Positions 27,365 to 40,224 of a stretch of DNA of 64,000 bases are shown piece by piece. The position numbers and the translations under genes were made by a program. The notes under the pieces were generated by a model, which did not search any database, was not told where the DNA came from, and saw only the letters and a program-made list of their open reading frames with translations. Position 1 is the first letter of the stretch, and each line of letters begins with the position of its first letter. Source of the DNA: Octopus sinensis (taxonomy: Eukaryota); NCBI RefSeq assembly GCF_006345805.1, contig NC_043005.1:31558001-31622000 (forward strand), written 5' to 3'.

Positions 27365-27670
27365 GAGCATGGCTCAGTGGTTAGAGCGTCGAGCTTACGA
27401 TCGTGAGGTTGTAAGTTCGAATTCCAGACCGGGCTGCGTGTTGTGTTCTTGAGCAAGACACTTTATTTCACGTTGCCACAGTTCACTCAACTGTAGAAAC
27501 GAGTTGCGACGTCACAGGTGCCAAGTTGTATCTGCAGTTGCCTTTCCTTTGGATAACGCTGGTGGCGTGGAGAGGGGAGGCTGGTATAAACAACCTTGCC
27601 CGGATTTGTGCCTGGGAGGGAAATTTTCTAGGTGAAATCCCACGGTCAGCCATGATCGAAGGGGTCTCAA
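27365..27670 (+). mobile_element. tRNA-derived SINE (18391 family)
   Basis: gcatggctcagtggttagagcgtcgag...gtaagttcgaattcc...ttcttgagcaagacacttt; close to the 18391-18722 copy, with an internal deletion. Confidence 0.85.
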
Positions 27671-27681
27671 CACACACACAC

Positions 27682-27734
<53 letters not shown>

Positions 27735-27737
<3 letters not shown>

Positions 27738-27902
27738 GACGGGCTTCTTTCAGTTTCCGTCTACCTAATGCACTCACAAGAGTTTGGTTAGCCCGAGGCT
27801 ACAGTAGAAGACACTCGCCGAAGGTGCTACGTAGTGGGGCTGAACCTGAAATCATGTTGTTAGGAAGGAAGCTTCTTATCACACAGCCACTCTTGCGCCT
27901 AT
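27735..27902 (-). mobile_element. SINE 5' half (7492 family)
   Basis: Reverse complement of the head and ggaaactgaaagaagccc body. Confidence 0.75.
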
Positions 27903-27941
27903 GTATCTACACGCACGCACACTCTCTCACACACACACACA

Positions 27942-27989
<48 letters not shown>

Positions 27990-28029
27990 AGAACAAAGTG
28001 TACGTACGCCGCTATATATATATATATAA

Positions 28030-28339
28030 AATAAATTACAAAATGGGACAAGACCGCAAAACATCCGGACAACCAGTTGATACAAAAAGGGACAACAAAA
28101 CATCCAGATAGACGATACAAAAAAACAAGGACGGGTCATTCGAAGCCTTTTATCCTCACTCAAGAACCAGATCATCCTCGCAATTTCGGCTGATTAATCT
28201 TGACATTGCTCCAATCTGACCAGCTCCAAGGAAAATCTAAGCTAAGAGCGTTAGGTTCCTTGGAAAAAAGCATCGAATGTATACGAAAACAAGGACGGAA
28301 AAACAGACGATATTACACGAATATAAATACAAAAATACA

Positions 28340-28396
<57 letters not shown>

Positions 28397-28960
28397 GGCC
28401 ATAACATTCTACCGCGAACATAAAATGGGAATCACTGCATGTTTCACCTTCTGTATAAATCATATCATTTCTGTTATGATTCCTGATGGAATTCGCTTGA
28501 CTCATGTTGTTGCAGAATAAACAGGGCTTATCTTTTTTGCGGTTGTTTTTCAAAGTACAACGTGCAGATACTCTAATGTTAGTTTCCTTGGAGTCAGAAA
28601 TAGAGGTCAATATTTTAATTCCGTCTAAAAGTTACAATATATGTCTGAGGAAATATCTGTTTGAAACGAGCATATTTTTCCGAAACATGCTGGTAACTTT
28701 CATGCAGCACTTTTGAGATGCCAACGAAATTTTGGGGCCAATTAATCATTAAGGAAATTCTGTTACACATTGTAGTGTGTTTGTTAAAATTATGTGTGAA
28801 GGTTTTCTAATCTTAACTATCTTATTTGCTATTTCCTTTAATCGTGATTCACTGTAACCGTGTTTGACATGATAATGTTCAAATGCATTTGCATGTTTCC
28901 AGTAATCCCCTATTTCAGTACAAATCCGTTCTATTCTCAAAAATTAGGATTTCGGATTTG
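28030..28960 (-). mobile_element. Penelope-like element 3' part (thumb, GIY-YIG start, pLTR-like tail) split by (AAT)n
   Basis: RIERICTE...HGYSESRLKEIANK, then KKDKPCLFC...GETCSDSHFMFAVEC, which resembles the C..C / TC.S.N.IY.I.C start of GIY-YIG. A pyrimidine-rich tail lies at 28030-28330. Confidence 0.65.
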
Positions 28961-29125
28961 ATCGAATTATATGACATAATTATATTATATAATTCGGTCA
29001 AATTAAATATTAAGGCAGTATGAGTCTCCCCAGACACAACAATATTTCTCAACACACGAATTCACATGAAGAATCTTGCAAACCAGATACAAACATGTGT
29101 ATACACACACATACACACACACACA

Positions 29126-29241
<116 letters not shown>

Positions 29242-32200
29242 TAACAGGAATGTACAGGTGTCAATTTATTGCGGTCGTTTCAAGCAACTCCTTTAATTGA
29301 TTAATGAAACATCACTTCATTTGAAAGAAAACGTTTTCCTCAGATAACAGCATAGACTTCAAACATAAAAGATACAAGCATTTCCTTAAGATATTAACAT
29401 CAATAATGGAACTCAAAATAATTGTTTCTTTTGCGATGTCTGTGGCAAAATGAGTTTCGAAAAAAATATCTTGTTAAATCCACTATAATTTAGAGAATAG
29501 CAGAGGAGATAGTGAGGGTCAGGATAAAAAGACTGGTGACCTATTTAATTATATTTAGAAGACTTTATAAAGAATGTAGTCTTCAACCATTTAGAATAAA
29601 ATCTATTAGAAATTGTCAACTGTATTCTAGGTAACGGTGATAAACCAGTTAATGTCAGGCAATCTACTAGACTCTCAATGTACTGGAACCATATATCTAG
29701 CATTACCTACACAAAAGGGTAGGTCATAAAGTTTATAGTAAAGGAATGCCTGATGGGGAAGGGGTGATAAATGAAATAAAGAAGGATAGGGGTGGCCAAA
29801 GCTTATTTTGATTATCATATTAAAGGGGAATATAATGAAAAACCAAAAGGGGTAAGTAATATTGATATCCAATATTCAATTAATATTGTTTGGGTGTGCG
29901 GATTATACCGACCGAGAACGGTGCCTCAGTTTAAATACCTAATTCAATGGAATCTTAATTTCATATATATATGTACAAGCAGTTAACTTAAAGAGGCTGC
30001 CAACACCTCTCATAAATTCCTAGTTATATTTAACCATGCGCAATAATTAGAAACTATATAAACCGTAATAATTATAATCATTTGCTTTCACTTATTTACT
30101 TCCAGAAGAAATATATCTAAAGTGTCTTTATTCAAGGATGAATAATTTTTCATAAAAACCGTCCAAAATACGTACCTATTCATATCTAAACGTTTAGATT
30201 TCAATTGAATGGGTTTCTTCAATAAAGACATCCATTCAGTTCTTTCCTATTGACTGATTTAGTTTATTTAATTACGTTAGTCGCTAGCGTGTATTATAAT
30301 ATATGTAGATAATTCTGAGATAATGGTGGCGTCAATATTATTTCATTCGAAAGTTGTAAGGATCTATATATTTTATATAAATCAGGTTTGAAGTAACGGA
30401 CATTAGCACCAAGCCACACATTTATGGGCGAAGATAACAGTGAAATTAAATATCTGTTACTTACTTTATATATAAAAACGTATATTACTGAGAGAAATTA
30501 TTTATAATATTAACAGTAGTTAATGATTCCATCACCAATGCTCAAGTAGATATACTAAAGTCTATACTTTGCTGAAGAGGGTTAATAAAACTTAAACATA
30601 TTCAAAATTGTCTCTCTTACTAAAATAATTAACGTATTAGTTACTGAATTAAAATTGTCTTTTCCTCACCACACAAGTGTTTCTAATTATATTCTAGACG
30701 CTACACTAAATGTATTAACCCTAACTATATGAAACTCCTGTAAACTGGTTCACTTAGAGATTTGATTAAATGTTAGATATTAACATTTACCAAGTAAACG
30801 ACAAAGATTGGGTAGAAATACTTCATTCACAAGCTGCAGATGAAAATACCGGTATTGAAGTTCTCAAACATGAAGCGTCATAATTTCTCTTGTGATTAAT
30901 AAGCTTTTCGTAAATGAATGATCTTTTTTTCTTGAAAGAAATGAAAACTAAAAATGCAATGAGAAAGAATAATTAGTGAAACATTTAGCAAACATCCGTC
31001 TGTAATTCATGGTGCAAAAGAAATTATTATTTTACTGTGGATTTCATAAAACAATATTCTTAAGAATAATTAATAATTATCTCCTTTTTATTATGCTATT
31101 TCTTTCAGACTAGCCTAGGGATTAAGGATTAATGTGATCAGCTAATGATCAAGATCAGACTTAGCAGCGCATTGTGTCTTTGAGCAAGATGCTTCATTTC
31201 ACATTGACTGAGTTTATTCCGCTAAAAATTAGTTTTAATGCAGCCCTTTCTCTCTCCAGCTATCACGACCAAGATGTTCCGTTGGGCGAAAGATGGAGAG
31301 GACGTCTGTATATGTTCGCCGCTGCACACGCATCTAAAATACTTTGTCAAAGCATGGTACATGTTAGCTGACTCTCATTCTACCACTCTTTTTCATAAGG
31401 ACTGCTTTTAGTGTGAGGAAGAGAACGCGCGCGTGTGTGTGTGTTTGGGCGTAGTGTTGACTTGATAAATAGTGTGATGCAAATTGATAATCTTGATGTG
31501 ACACTAATGAACGCCAACTGGTGTCAATCGACTTCTAATCGGAGTGTCATGGTTATGTGGGGATTGGAGTTTCGTCTTCTTTTCTACTCATTTCAAGTTG
31601 GCCCAGATCGGGAATTAAATGTATCACAATACATGACTTTTACGGATCTTTACTTTTTGACCTACAGATTTAAAAAATAATTTTTTGTAACTAAACACTT
31701 TCAAACTTCGGACACTGGTAGAATGTGTCATATAAAACATCTTTTACTCTTAGCATTTTTGAGAAAAGCTTATATTTACGAAGTAATTTCACGTTAAGGT
31801 AGTCCTATTTCGGTAATTTCAACCTATCAATGACGTGTATTCAGCTGAAAAAAATTACTGCTGTTGTTTGTCAACAAGAACTTGATTGGTTTGGGAAATC
31901 TAATTAATTAAATTAAAAAACAATTTCGTGATCAGTTGAGCTACATAGATGTGAATCGATTCCTGTCGAATTTTCTAAGTAATCGAAGTAAAATAATTGA
32001 AAAAAGTGAGGGTATACGGCATAATATCAGTGAGGGAAGCAATGGAGGATTGCACGATTTTCTAGAAATAGCAGGTACATCACCCTCGAATCACACCCTA
32101 ACGTCATAAAAAACAAAGCGAATGACATATTGTATAAGGTAGTCGTAGATGAACTGTATCTTGACAAAAGTTAGAATGGTAACTATTGGAAAATTTCCTG

Positions 32201-33272
32201 TCATAGTCAGCTTTGATCAGAGTGACTTGAAACTAAATAAATTTATTCAGTCGTGTTTAAACTTCTGCGTTGTGTCTAAAAATCTTTAACAATCATCAAT
32301 AATTACTCAAAACCATTGACTTGAAGTTTAAATAGGAGTGTAACAAACAATGACGGCCGATATGCACAATTGTGATTGTCAACATGCAACATGCCTACTA
32401 TAAAAGTGTATGAAGTAGTAATTAATCGATAAAAATTGCGGTTTCGATTCCAATATTCGCCCCCTAACACCCGCCAAAATTTTAGCTCAGCGATCATCTT
32501 AAATAGTACTAGGTAATGTGAGAGCTCTTGTCTCGGTGTAAGGCTGTATTCTTTATGCTCAGAAGTGATCCGGGTATTAGCCGAAGGTAGCCAGCAATCA
32601 CTCTCAACAACAATGCCATAATACAGTTCTATATTTAAGAGATGAGGAATTATTTACATTATTTACATTCGACAAATATCCGTCGAATGTAAATAATGTA
32701 AATAATGAACAATTCCATAGTTCTTGACGTCTTATGTTAATGGTTTCACGAAGCTATCACAGCAGCGATCCACGCCAATCTATTTGTGTTATTGATTACT
32801 GTTACGAGAAATACAAAATTAAATTGACCTTAGTAATTTTATGCTAATTTAGTGGCATTTATTTTATCGACATTCGTAAATTTTCAACTACGTAACCCTC
32901 CCAACTCACTCCGAACATCAATACTGAATTTTCAAAACAAACTTTGCAATGCAAATGACAGAATAAGCTAAAACAATTCTTGTGTAATTTAAACCGAACA
33001 TGTTCGTATATAATAACCACTGAAATGATAAACTTCCTAGATTTAAATATGCTGTAGCTCTTCGATTTTTAATTGATTTAATGTCTTATTTTCTCTTTCA
33101 GGAGAGAAAAAGACTATTTATTTAATGAACAATATATTGGTCATTTATAAAGGAAAGAAAATAATTATAATTTATAGGGACATAGAATTCAATAAAAAAA
33201 AAGTTGGCAAATTCGACAACACAGAAATACAACATAGCACACAGATATAGAAATATGGCGAACTAACTAGAG

Positions 33273-33277
33273 AGAAG

Positions 33278-33330
<53 letters not shown>

Positions 33331-33350
33331 TAGATAGATAGATAGATAGA
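33273..33350. repeat. (GATA)n tract, 3' flank of the Tx1 element
   Basis: About 19 GATA units. Confidence 0.95.
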
Positions 33351-36300
33351 TTTCTTTATTAGCGACGCAGGCCGTACACAAAGGGGACAATACGATGTAG
33401 AATTTTTTTTTTTTCGAAATCAATCAAAAGGGAGCGAAACCCTTTTTTATATGTGTAAACAGGGAAATATCACACAGTCGTTGTCGATAATTAGAGTTCC
33501 CGATAGGAGAGGAAATGTAACATTAACTAGGTTTTTCTGTGGAAAGAAAAAAATACGTAAAAGAACCACGGTAACCTCGGAAACGAAAAAGAAAAGCATT
33601 AACATGAGAGCAAGGCGCGATTTCTCTGTTTGTTTTATAGGTTCATGCTCAAGGTGGTTGTCATTTATTTGTACTATCCTTGCCACAGTCACCAACCTTT
33701 TGTTGAACCTTTCATTAGACAAAATTCCCCTCTCTATTCTCACCTTCCTCTTCAAGTGATACTTGAAGAAGTTGATGAGGGGTTGGCCAGAGAGGAAAGT
33801 GTTTGTCTTTAAACCTTTCGCATGAGTCCACCACACACATTCTTTCACCATAGCCACCAGTACAATAAAAACTGCCTTGCCTTCCCGGTTAAAGGAAGGT
33901 AGCGGGGCAATATTCACGATAGACTCGACCGACAACCGAATTCGCCCCACATGTGACAGCAGCCACTCGACATAAACACACAGATCTGAAATTTTAGTAC
34001 ATTGCACGAGTGCGTGCAGAACGGTTTCGTCGCTCTGGCCGCATCTCGAGCAAATCGGTCCAGCAGTGTTTCTTGAACCGTGCCTGTGGAGCTTATCCCG
34101 AACCGGCAATGCTTCCCGATAGCACTGCCAGGACTGGGATCTCTGGAAATTTCCATAGGTTTCGGCCCGAAAATGGTCCTAAACGTCGTCGCACCTAACC
34201 TGCACTAATCCTCTATAGAACGGACGGCAGAGTTGCTCGAGAGCATGGCAACACTCGCGGTGCCATTCACCAAGCCTCGATCTCTGTTTGACCCATGATT
34301 GCCGTCCGGTCAAAAATGACGAGCTGCGGGAAAGCGCATCTCCCAAACGGCGACCACACCCGTTCACCGTCATCTATGAAACGCTGGAGGTGTCGCAGTC
34401 CTAGCGCATGTCTGCGCATCATTAACTACGGCATACCTAGCGCTCCATTTAGCGGATATTGGCAGCAAACGTTTTGCATGACCATCGGAACGCTTCCGTT
34501 CCACAAAAAGCGCAAGAGTATGCGTTCCACTTTTGTGATGGTAGGGTCGAGGACAAGGCACGACGGTCAGACGGTAGGAGATGATGGATGCGATATACGC
34601 ATTCGCCACCTCCACCCAACCTTTTAGAGATAGCTTCCTCTTGGCCTATTGCTGGGTGAGAGTTGCCACCCTACTCGTTATCTCGTCTCAGTTCTTCTCC
34701 ATTTGGAGGTCTGGACCGAACCATAATCCGAGCAATTTAACCGGGCCATCGCTCCAGTGTCCCACGATGGAGACGACATGGGCTTGCTTCTTCAGGTGCC
34801 GAACCGCAAGCCCACTAACTTTTCCGGGTTAATTTTTGCTCCTGTTACCGCTTTGTATTCTTTTAGTGTCTCGCCGACCAGGTCGATATGCCTGTGGCTC
34901 AACACTATGGCGGTGACAACGTCCGCGTAAGCAAACACGCTTCTCCTACATCCTAGTTCTCGCGGGATATCCTTCAGCGTCGCCAGCTTGCTCAGTAGTG
35001 GCTCTACACTCAATACATACAGAAGTGACGAGAAGGGGGGCATCCTTGCCGGACTGAACGTGTGATGTTAAATGGTCTAGATAGATGTCCATTTACGCGA
35101 ACTACCGAGCAGATGTTGCTGTATAAAGCAACGATCCAACATGGAAGACTGGGCCAAAACCAGCCACCCGAAGGACAGTCTCCAAGTATCGATGGTCGAC
35201 CTTATCGAAATCATTCGATTGATCCAAATTGCTCAGTATCCCACCCATGCCAAGTTCCTTAACTACCCCGTCTATGATGCTGTGCATTAGATGGAGGTTG
35301 ATACTTTTGCCCGGCATGGAGCATGTTTGCGCTTTGTTGACCTGTTTCTTGGTGACAAGCGCCAACCACACCGGCTAGCACCTTTGAGCAGAGAGACGGG
35401 TCGGAAATTACCTATAACGACACCCTTGTTTGGGACTTTCTTTAGCAGTGTCACCACTCCTTGGCTCACAAAACTAGGGATACTTCCGTTTTACTGCTAG
35501 TTGCAGTAGACTGTTTCTAAGACTTCTCCAAACAAATCTGGCATATGACAATAAAGCTCGTAGCTCAATCAACCGAAGCCCAGCGACTTGTGTCTCGCGG
35601 CTGTGATGGGACTTTCACAATACTCCACCTCTCTTGCCGAGAGTCGTAGCAGGCCATGTAGGTAGGCACTAAAGTCCACCCTGCGTTCGGACCCACCAGT
35701 CATCTCGAACAGTCGGGCAAAGTGCTGCTGAAAGACCTCACACGTCCTTTTGGACTCGTGCAATTCGCGTCCCTGTTCATCCATCAAAGACCGACCGGTG
35801 CTTTGTTACCACGTTGCGCCCCTGCCACCCGGGCCTCTCAGGCGGCTGCAATTCCTTCGTTTCTCAGAGCACGCATCCTAGATCTGATAACGCAACCTTC
35901 GTGTTTGTCGTTGAAGTATAGGTCAAGAGCTAACCTCGCCGCCAGCACGTTAGACGCGATGCCAGTTCTAAGTGCCTCTTTTCATTTCTTAACTAAGTCT
36001 CCCGCTATTCTATTTCGGTCTAACGCTAAAGCCTTGTTATAGCTAGCCGATTCTGCTTTGATTGCTCTCTTTAGGGCAAACCACCATTTGTTGTTGACGA
36101 TGGTCCCGTCAATGCCCTCTTAACTAATGTGCTAATCCGGTCTCTGTAAGCCTGTCGCGCTGAGAAAGACGCTTTCAACTTCCAGTAACCGAGACCCTGT
36201 TTATGATTCTTATGCAAGTCTAGCGTACAAGTCGTGAATTTGTGAGCTGTGTAGCTGACTATGTGAAATTGGGGACAACCTATACTATCACTATCCACTG

Positions 36301-38974
36301 TCCTACAGAATGCTCTCTCTAAATACGATCTGGACGACCCAATGTGGTTGGTCCATGTCCACATTGGCACATTCGGTAGTCCAGTCGGTACTTGTCAGGC
36401 AGTTGGAAACGTCTGAGCAGGTCTATGAGGTATTTGCATCCCATTCTCTTCCTAACTCTACCCTCATAGTCTAAATGCATGTTCAAGGTAGTCCAATCCC
36501 CCACTAAACGTAAATATCGAGACGTTCCCAGGAAAACTTCTAGACGTCGAAAGAAATCCGGCCGACCTGATAAGGACGGTGCGTACACTGTTATTAGTCG
36601 GATAGCACAGCCGTTACTGCCATCGACATCCAAGACGACCAGCCTGCCCTCCGGGTCTAAGAATACTGCCCTTACTTTCAGATCCAGACTCTTTCGAAAA
36701 AGTACCGCAATACCACTACCGCCCATTCTTGGCAGACACGAGGAAAAATAAATATCGAATTGTCTTCCGAATATGAACTGGAGGGTCCGCGAGTTAGAGA
36801 GTCTGATTTCGCTGATGGCTATGATATTTACAGTTTGTGACTTGATGTCGTTTAACAGGTAACCTTGTTTCCAAGGCCACCCCAAGCCATACACATTTAT
36901 ACTACAATTCTTGAGCATGAATCTGATGAAAGTTGTTTCAGACACAAAGCGAAAATAGAAAATGGGAGAGAGACAGAGATTTTTTTACTGTTTCAAAAGT
37001 TGATGACTTTCCTCCTCAGTTTCCGTGAGGAGATTTGTATAAAGTTTCTTTTTGATAAATGTTTTTAAAATCTCCCTACAGCATTAGGGTAGAGAAATTT
37101 CATTAATTTGCGTGTGTTATGTGTGGTGTGTATTATTTGTTTGTGTTGTGGTGGTGTGTATGGGTGGTTGTTTTTAACATTGTTTTCCATTGAGTAAGTG
37201 TACCACCTGATGTATTTCTTCAAGTCCAATTAGTTAGTGTTAATTGCTCTTAGCATTGTGGGATTACTTTGCGTTTGTATGTTTGTAGTGTCGTTGTTTG
37301 TAGTGTCGTTGTTTGTATTGTCGTGTGTGGAAGTTTTGTTGACGGGAGTAGTAAATTTCCCTGCTTTGTTTGGCTGAATGGTTCTTTTTTCCCCATTTTC
37401 TTCTCCCACTCCATGTGGACATTTGCCATTCTTCCGTGTCGCCTTCATCAAACGACATGTCGGAGGAATCAGAAAGTGGGAGGGAAAGGGTATTGGGATC
37501 GATTTGTATGTGTGCTAATGTTGATGTTGTTGTTGTTAGTGCTGGTTGGTGGCTGTTGAGATGTGGTGTATGGGTTGGTCTTTTCCTTTTTTTCCTGGTT
37601 TTGGTGCTTCTTCTATAGTTGTTGTTGTTGTTGGTGGTGGTGATGGTGTTGTTTTTGTCTTTGATGACGCAGATGGTGATGCTGGTTGGTTTGGTTGCGT
37701 TAGTTTGTTGTTTGGTTGAATTGTTTCATTTGTTGGTTAGAGTTTTTTGTCAGTTGTGCAAATGGCGGTGTGGGTAACAGTGCTGGTTTGCTATTGAGAT
37801 TTTGGTTTTGTTGTTCTTTAATTTTTGCTAATTGACTGTCTATTTTGAGAGGGTTTTCGCTACAATAAAAGTAGCAAGGTGGCCTTCTGCCTTCAATGGC
37901 CATATGCACGGTCGTGCGATCCGGACGTTTAATTAAATCTGGGAGATTTTCAATTGTTTCTTGATTTGCCCGGATTAACAGCTCTAACTCTTGTCCAACT
38001 CAGTTTTGCTGTTCCACGACGGCAATTTATAATATGTTAATTTTTTCTTCAAAACCATAACAGATGACTGACACCAGCCATCTTATTTCTATTTCAGGGG
38101 GCACATGCTTAATGTTTACCTTTGTTACCCGACCACTGAAGTATGTTGCAATCATTATAAATTCCCCGCATTCCAGAATTTTTGTTGAGAGTTCTATTGT
38201 GCGCGCTCTTCTGTGTCGAATCTTACCTCGATCGTGGCAAATCTTGTGCTCCTTGCGGTATATTTTTGTAAGCTCATATGGGCCGTAGACATTCTTCAAC
38301 TGCTTGTTGAGTGTGCTGTTCCAGTCTTTTAGTTTTTCTGTTCAGGGTTTTATAATTGTTTTTTAAATGTCCTGCAAAATGTTTTGTGGGGGATTTAGTT
38401 TTATTGTTCTGTCGTCTTTGTTTAATAACTGCTTGCATTGCAGTAGTTCCTCTGTTGAGAAGGTCACATGTCATTTTTGCCTTAAAATAGAAGCAAAATC
38501 GCTTTGTTCATGTTGGTGGTGGCGTGGTAGTGGCAGTGTTGGTGGCAGTGGTAGTGGCACTGGCGATGGCAGTGGTGGTGGCAACGTTCATTGTCTTAGA
38601 CATGTATTCATCTTGTCTGCTTTCCTTTCCCACTCGTTCAGAAGGAAAGCTTACGTCAAACTGTGTGTTGTCGTTGTTTTCCAATTGTGTGTGAGTGAAA
38701 GTGAATTGATATTTCCTTTTTTACTTGTTGTCGTTGGCAACAAAGGAAATTCCTCGTTGAAATTGGTTACTGAGACGCTGTTGATCTCAAAATGGTTAGC
38801 CGTATTTTTTTCACAAACGAGATTTTTGAAGATGCAATTTTAAAATCGAAAATTTGCCCTAGAGCGAATTTTCTAGTGAAGAAACTCGCTCAGGCGAAAG
38901 CATATGTTGTTAAGCACCTCTTTCACAAAACATATTTTAAAGACTTACGAGGTACGACGCCACAACAGCCAGTC
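33351..38974 (-). mobile_element. Near-full-length Tx1-clade (L1 group) LINE: ORF1, APE, RT and zinc finger, all disrupted
   Basis: ORF1 remnants (37700-38470, GRRPPCYFYC knuckle). APE: INVYGL..KQGYLL..I..Q.VNIIAISE and ITVYAP. RT: VTLLKK..NKG..IGNFRPVSLL, LDQS..FDKVDH.YL, LSSLLYVLSVEPLL and YAD. C-terminal CSRCGQSDETVLHALVQC. AATAAA just before the GATA tract. Confidence 0.9.
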
Positions 38975-38989
38975 GATAGATAGACAGAC

Positions 38990-39084
<95 letters not shown>

Positions 39085-39115
39085 CGAACGGACGGATGAA
39101 TGGATAGATAGATTA
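38975..39115. repeat. (GATA)n tract, 5' flank of the Tx1 element
   Basis: About 25 GATA/GACA units in the same orientation as 33273-33350. Confidence 0.95.
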
Positions 39116-39649
39116 TCTACTTATTTATTTTCAAATCATTTCACGTCCAAACTTCAGACAATATCAATTATCGCGACATGATAAAGCTTTTGTATCCATT
39201 AGACACATTGATTACTTTTAACAGTGTTGTATGTTTTCGTTTCCTAAATCACTTGATTCAAAAGTTAGAGAAATAGAAGAAATAAACTATACCCGTGTAA
39301 AGAAGAATCATGTTACAGCAGGGCGGTGAGTAGTCGAGCCAAAAATAATAATGTTAGCTGGCTGATAAAAAGCAAGCAAAACTCTCATATCATTTTAATC
39401 ATCTGTCAGTCGTTATTGTCTTTTAACGGCAATATAATTCATTATTAGAGGAGATAAATGGAATTCTATCTGAGGTATAGCAGATAAACTCATTGCACAA
39501 TGTATAAAATCTGTATAATTGTAATATAGCATTGACCTATAGCATAAAGTACCAGTCAAGTACTAGGGACGATGAAATCAACATAACTCTTCCCATCTAA
39601 ATTAATAGCCTTGCGCAAAAATTAGAAATTATTATTTTTGTATTATTAT

Positions 39650-40170
39650 TGAGTGAAAGAGCGGCGCATGTCATATGAAGCCTAACATATCCATCATGAC
39701 TACCTGTCTGATAAGGGTGCTCCAGGCATATGCATCACAACCATATGTGTATATGTGCGCGACATGGTAATCTCATATCAAGACAAGCAGCACATGACTT
39801 TGCAAGGGGGGCCCAGTTCTTCACGTCGATTAGCTCATCCCTTTCAAAAGGTGCTTGAACTAGGGTTGTTTTAAGGATGACGAACGAAAACCTGTTTCCG
39901 GAAGTAAATTATTCAAACTTCAAAGAATTCCGCTCAACCCTTGGTTATGATACACCCCCGCCCTAACTGCAGCTCGGGGTCAGATATGTTCATATCGTCA
40001 GCCACTAAGTGACATGCCCAACTGCTTGACGTCAAACAACTGACAATCAAATCTCTGGTATTGAGCAGAATATTTATTGTAGCCCATCTATTATACCAAG
40101 ACAAAACAATGTACATAATAACATTTCCAATCAGCTAAGATGAGAAGCCATGGTACTGCATCAGGGCATT
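39650..40170 (-). mobile_element. Non-coding ~520-bp dispersed element inserted in (AAT/GAT)n, probably a non-autonomous retroelement
   Basis: Homologous to 47178-47690 (aatgc.ctgatg.agtacc...ctgattggaa.tgttat.atgtacattgttttgtcttg.tataa). Both copies start right after an AAT-type tract, and this one ends ...ttcactcaataataata. Confidence 0.7.
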
Positions 40171-40177
40171 TATTGTT

Positions 40178-40212
<35 letters not shown>

Positions 40213-40224
40213 TATTATTATTCC

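Noticed and set aside
28130-28215. Hammerhead-like words (GUGAGGA...CGAAU...GUC; CAGCCGAAAU) in the Penelope tail
   Set aside because: Core mismatches at several positions and no stem II can be drawn.
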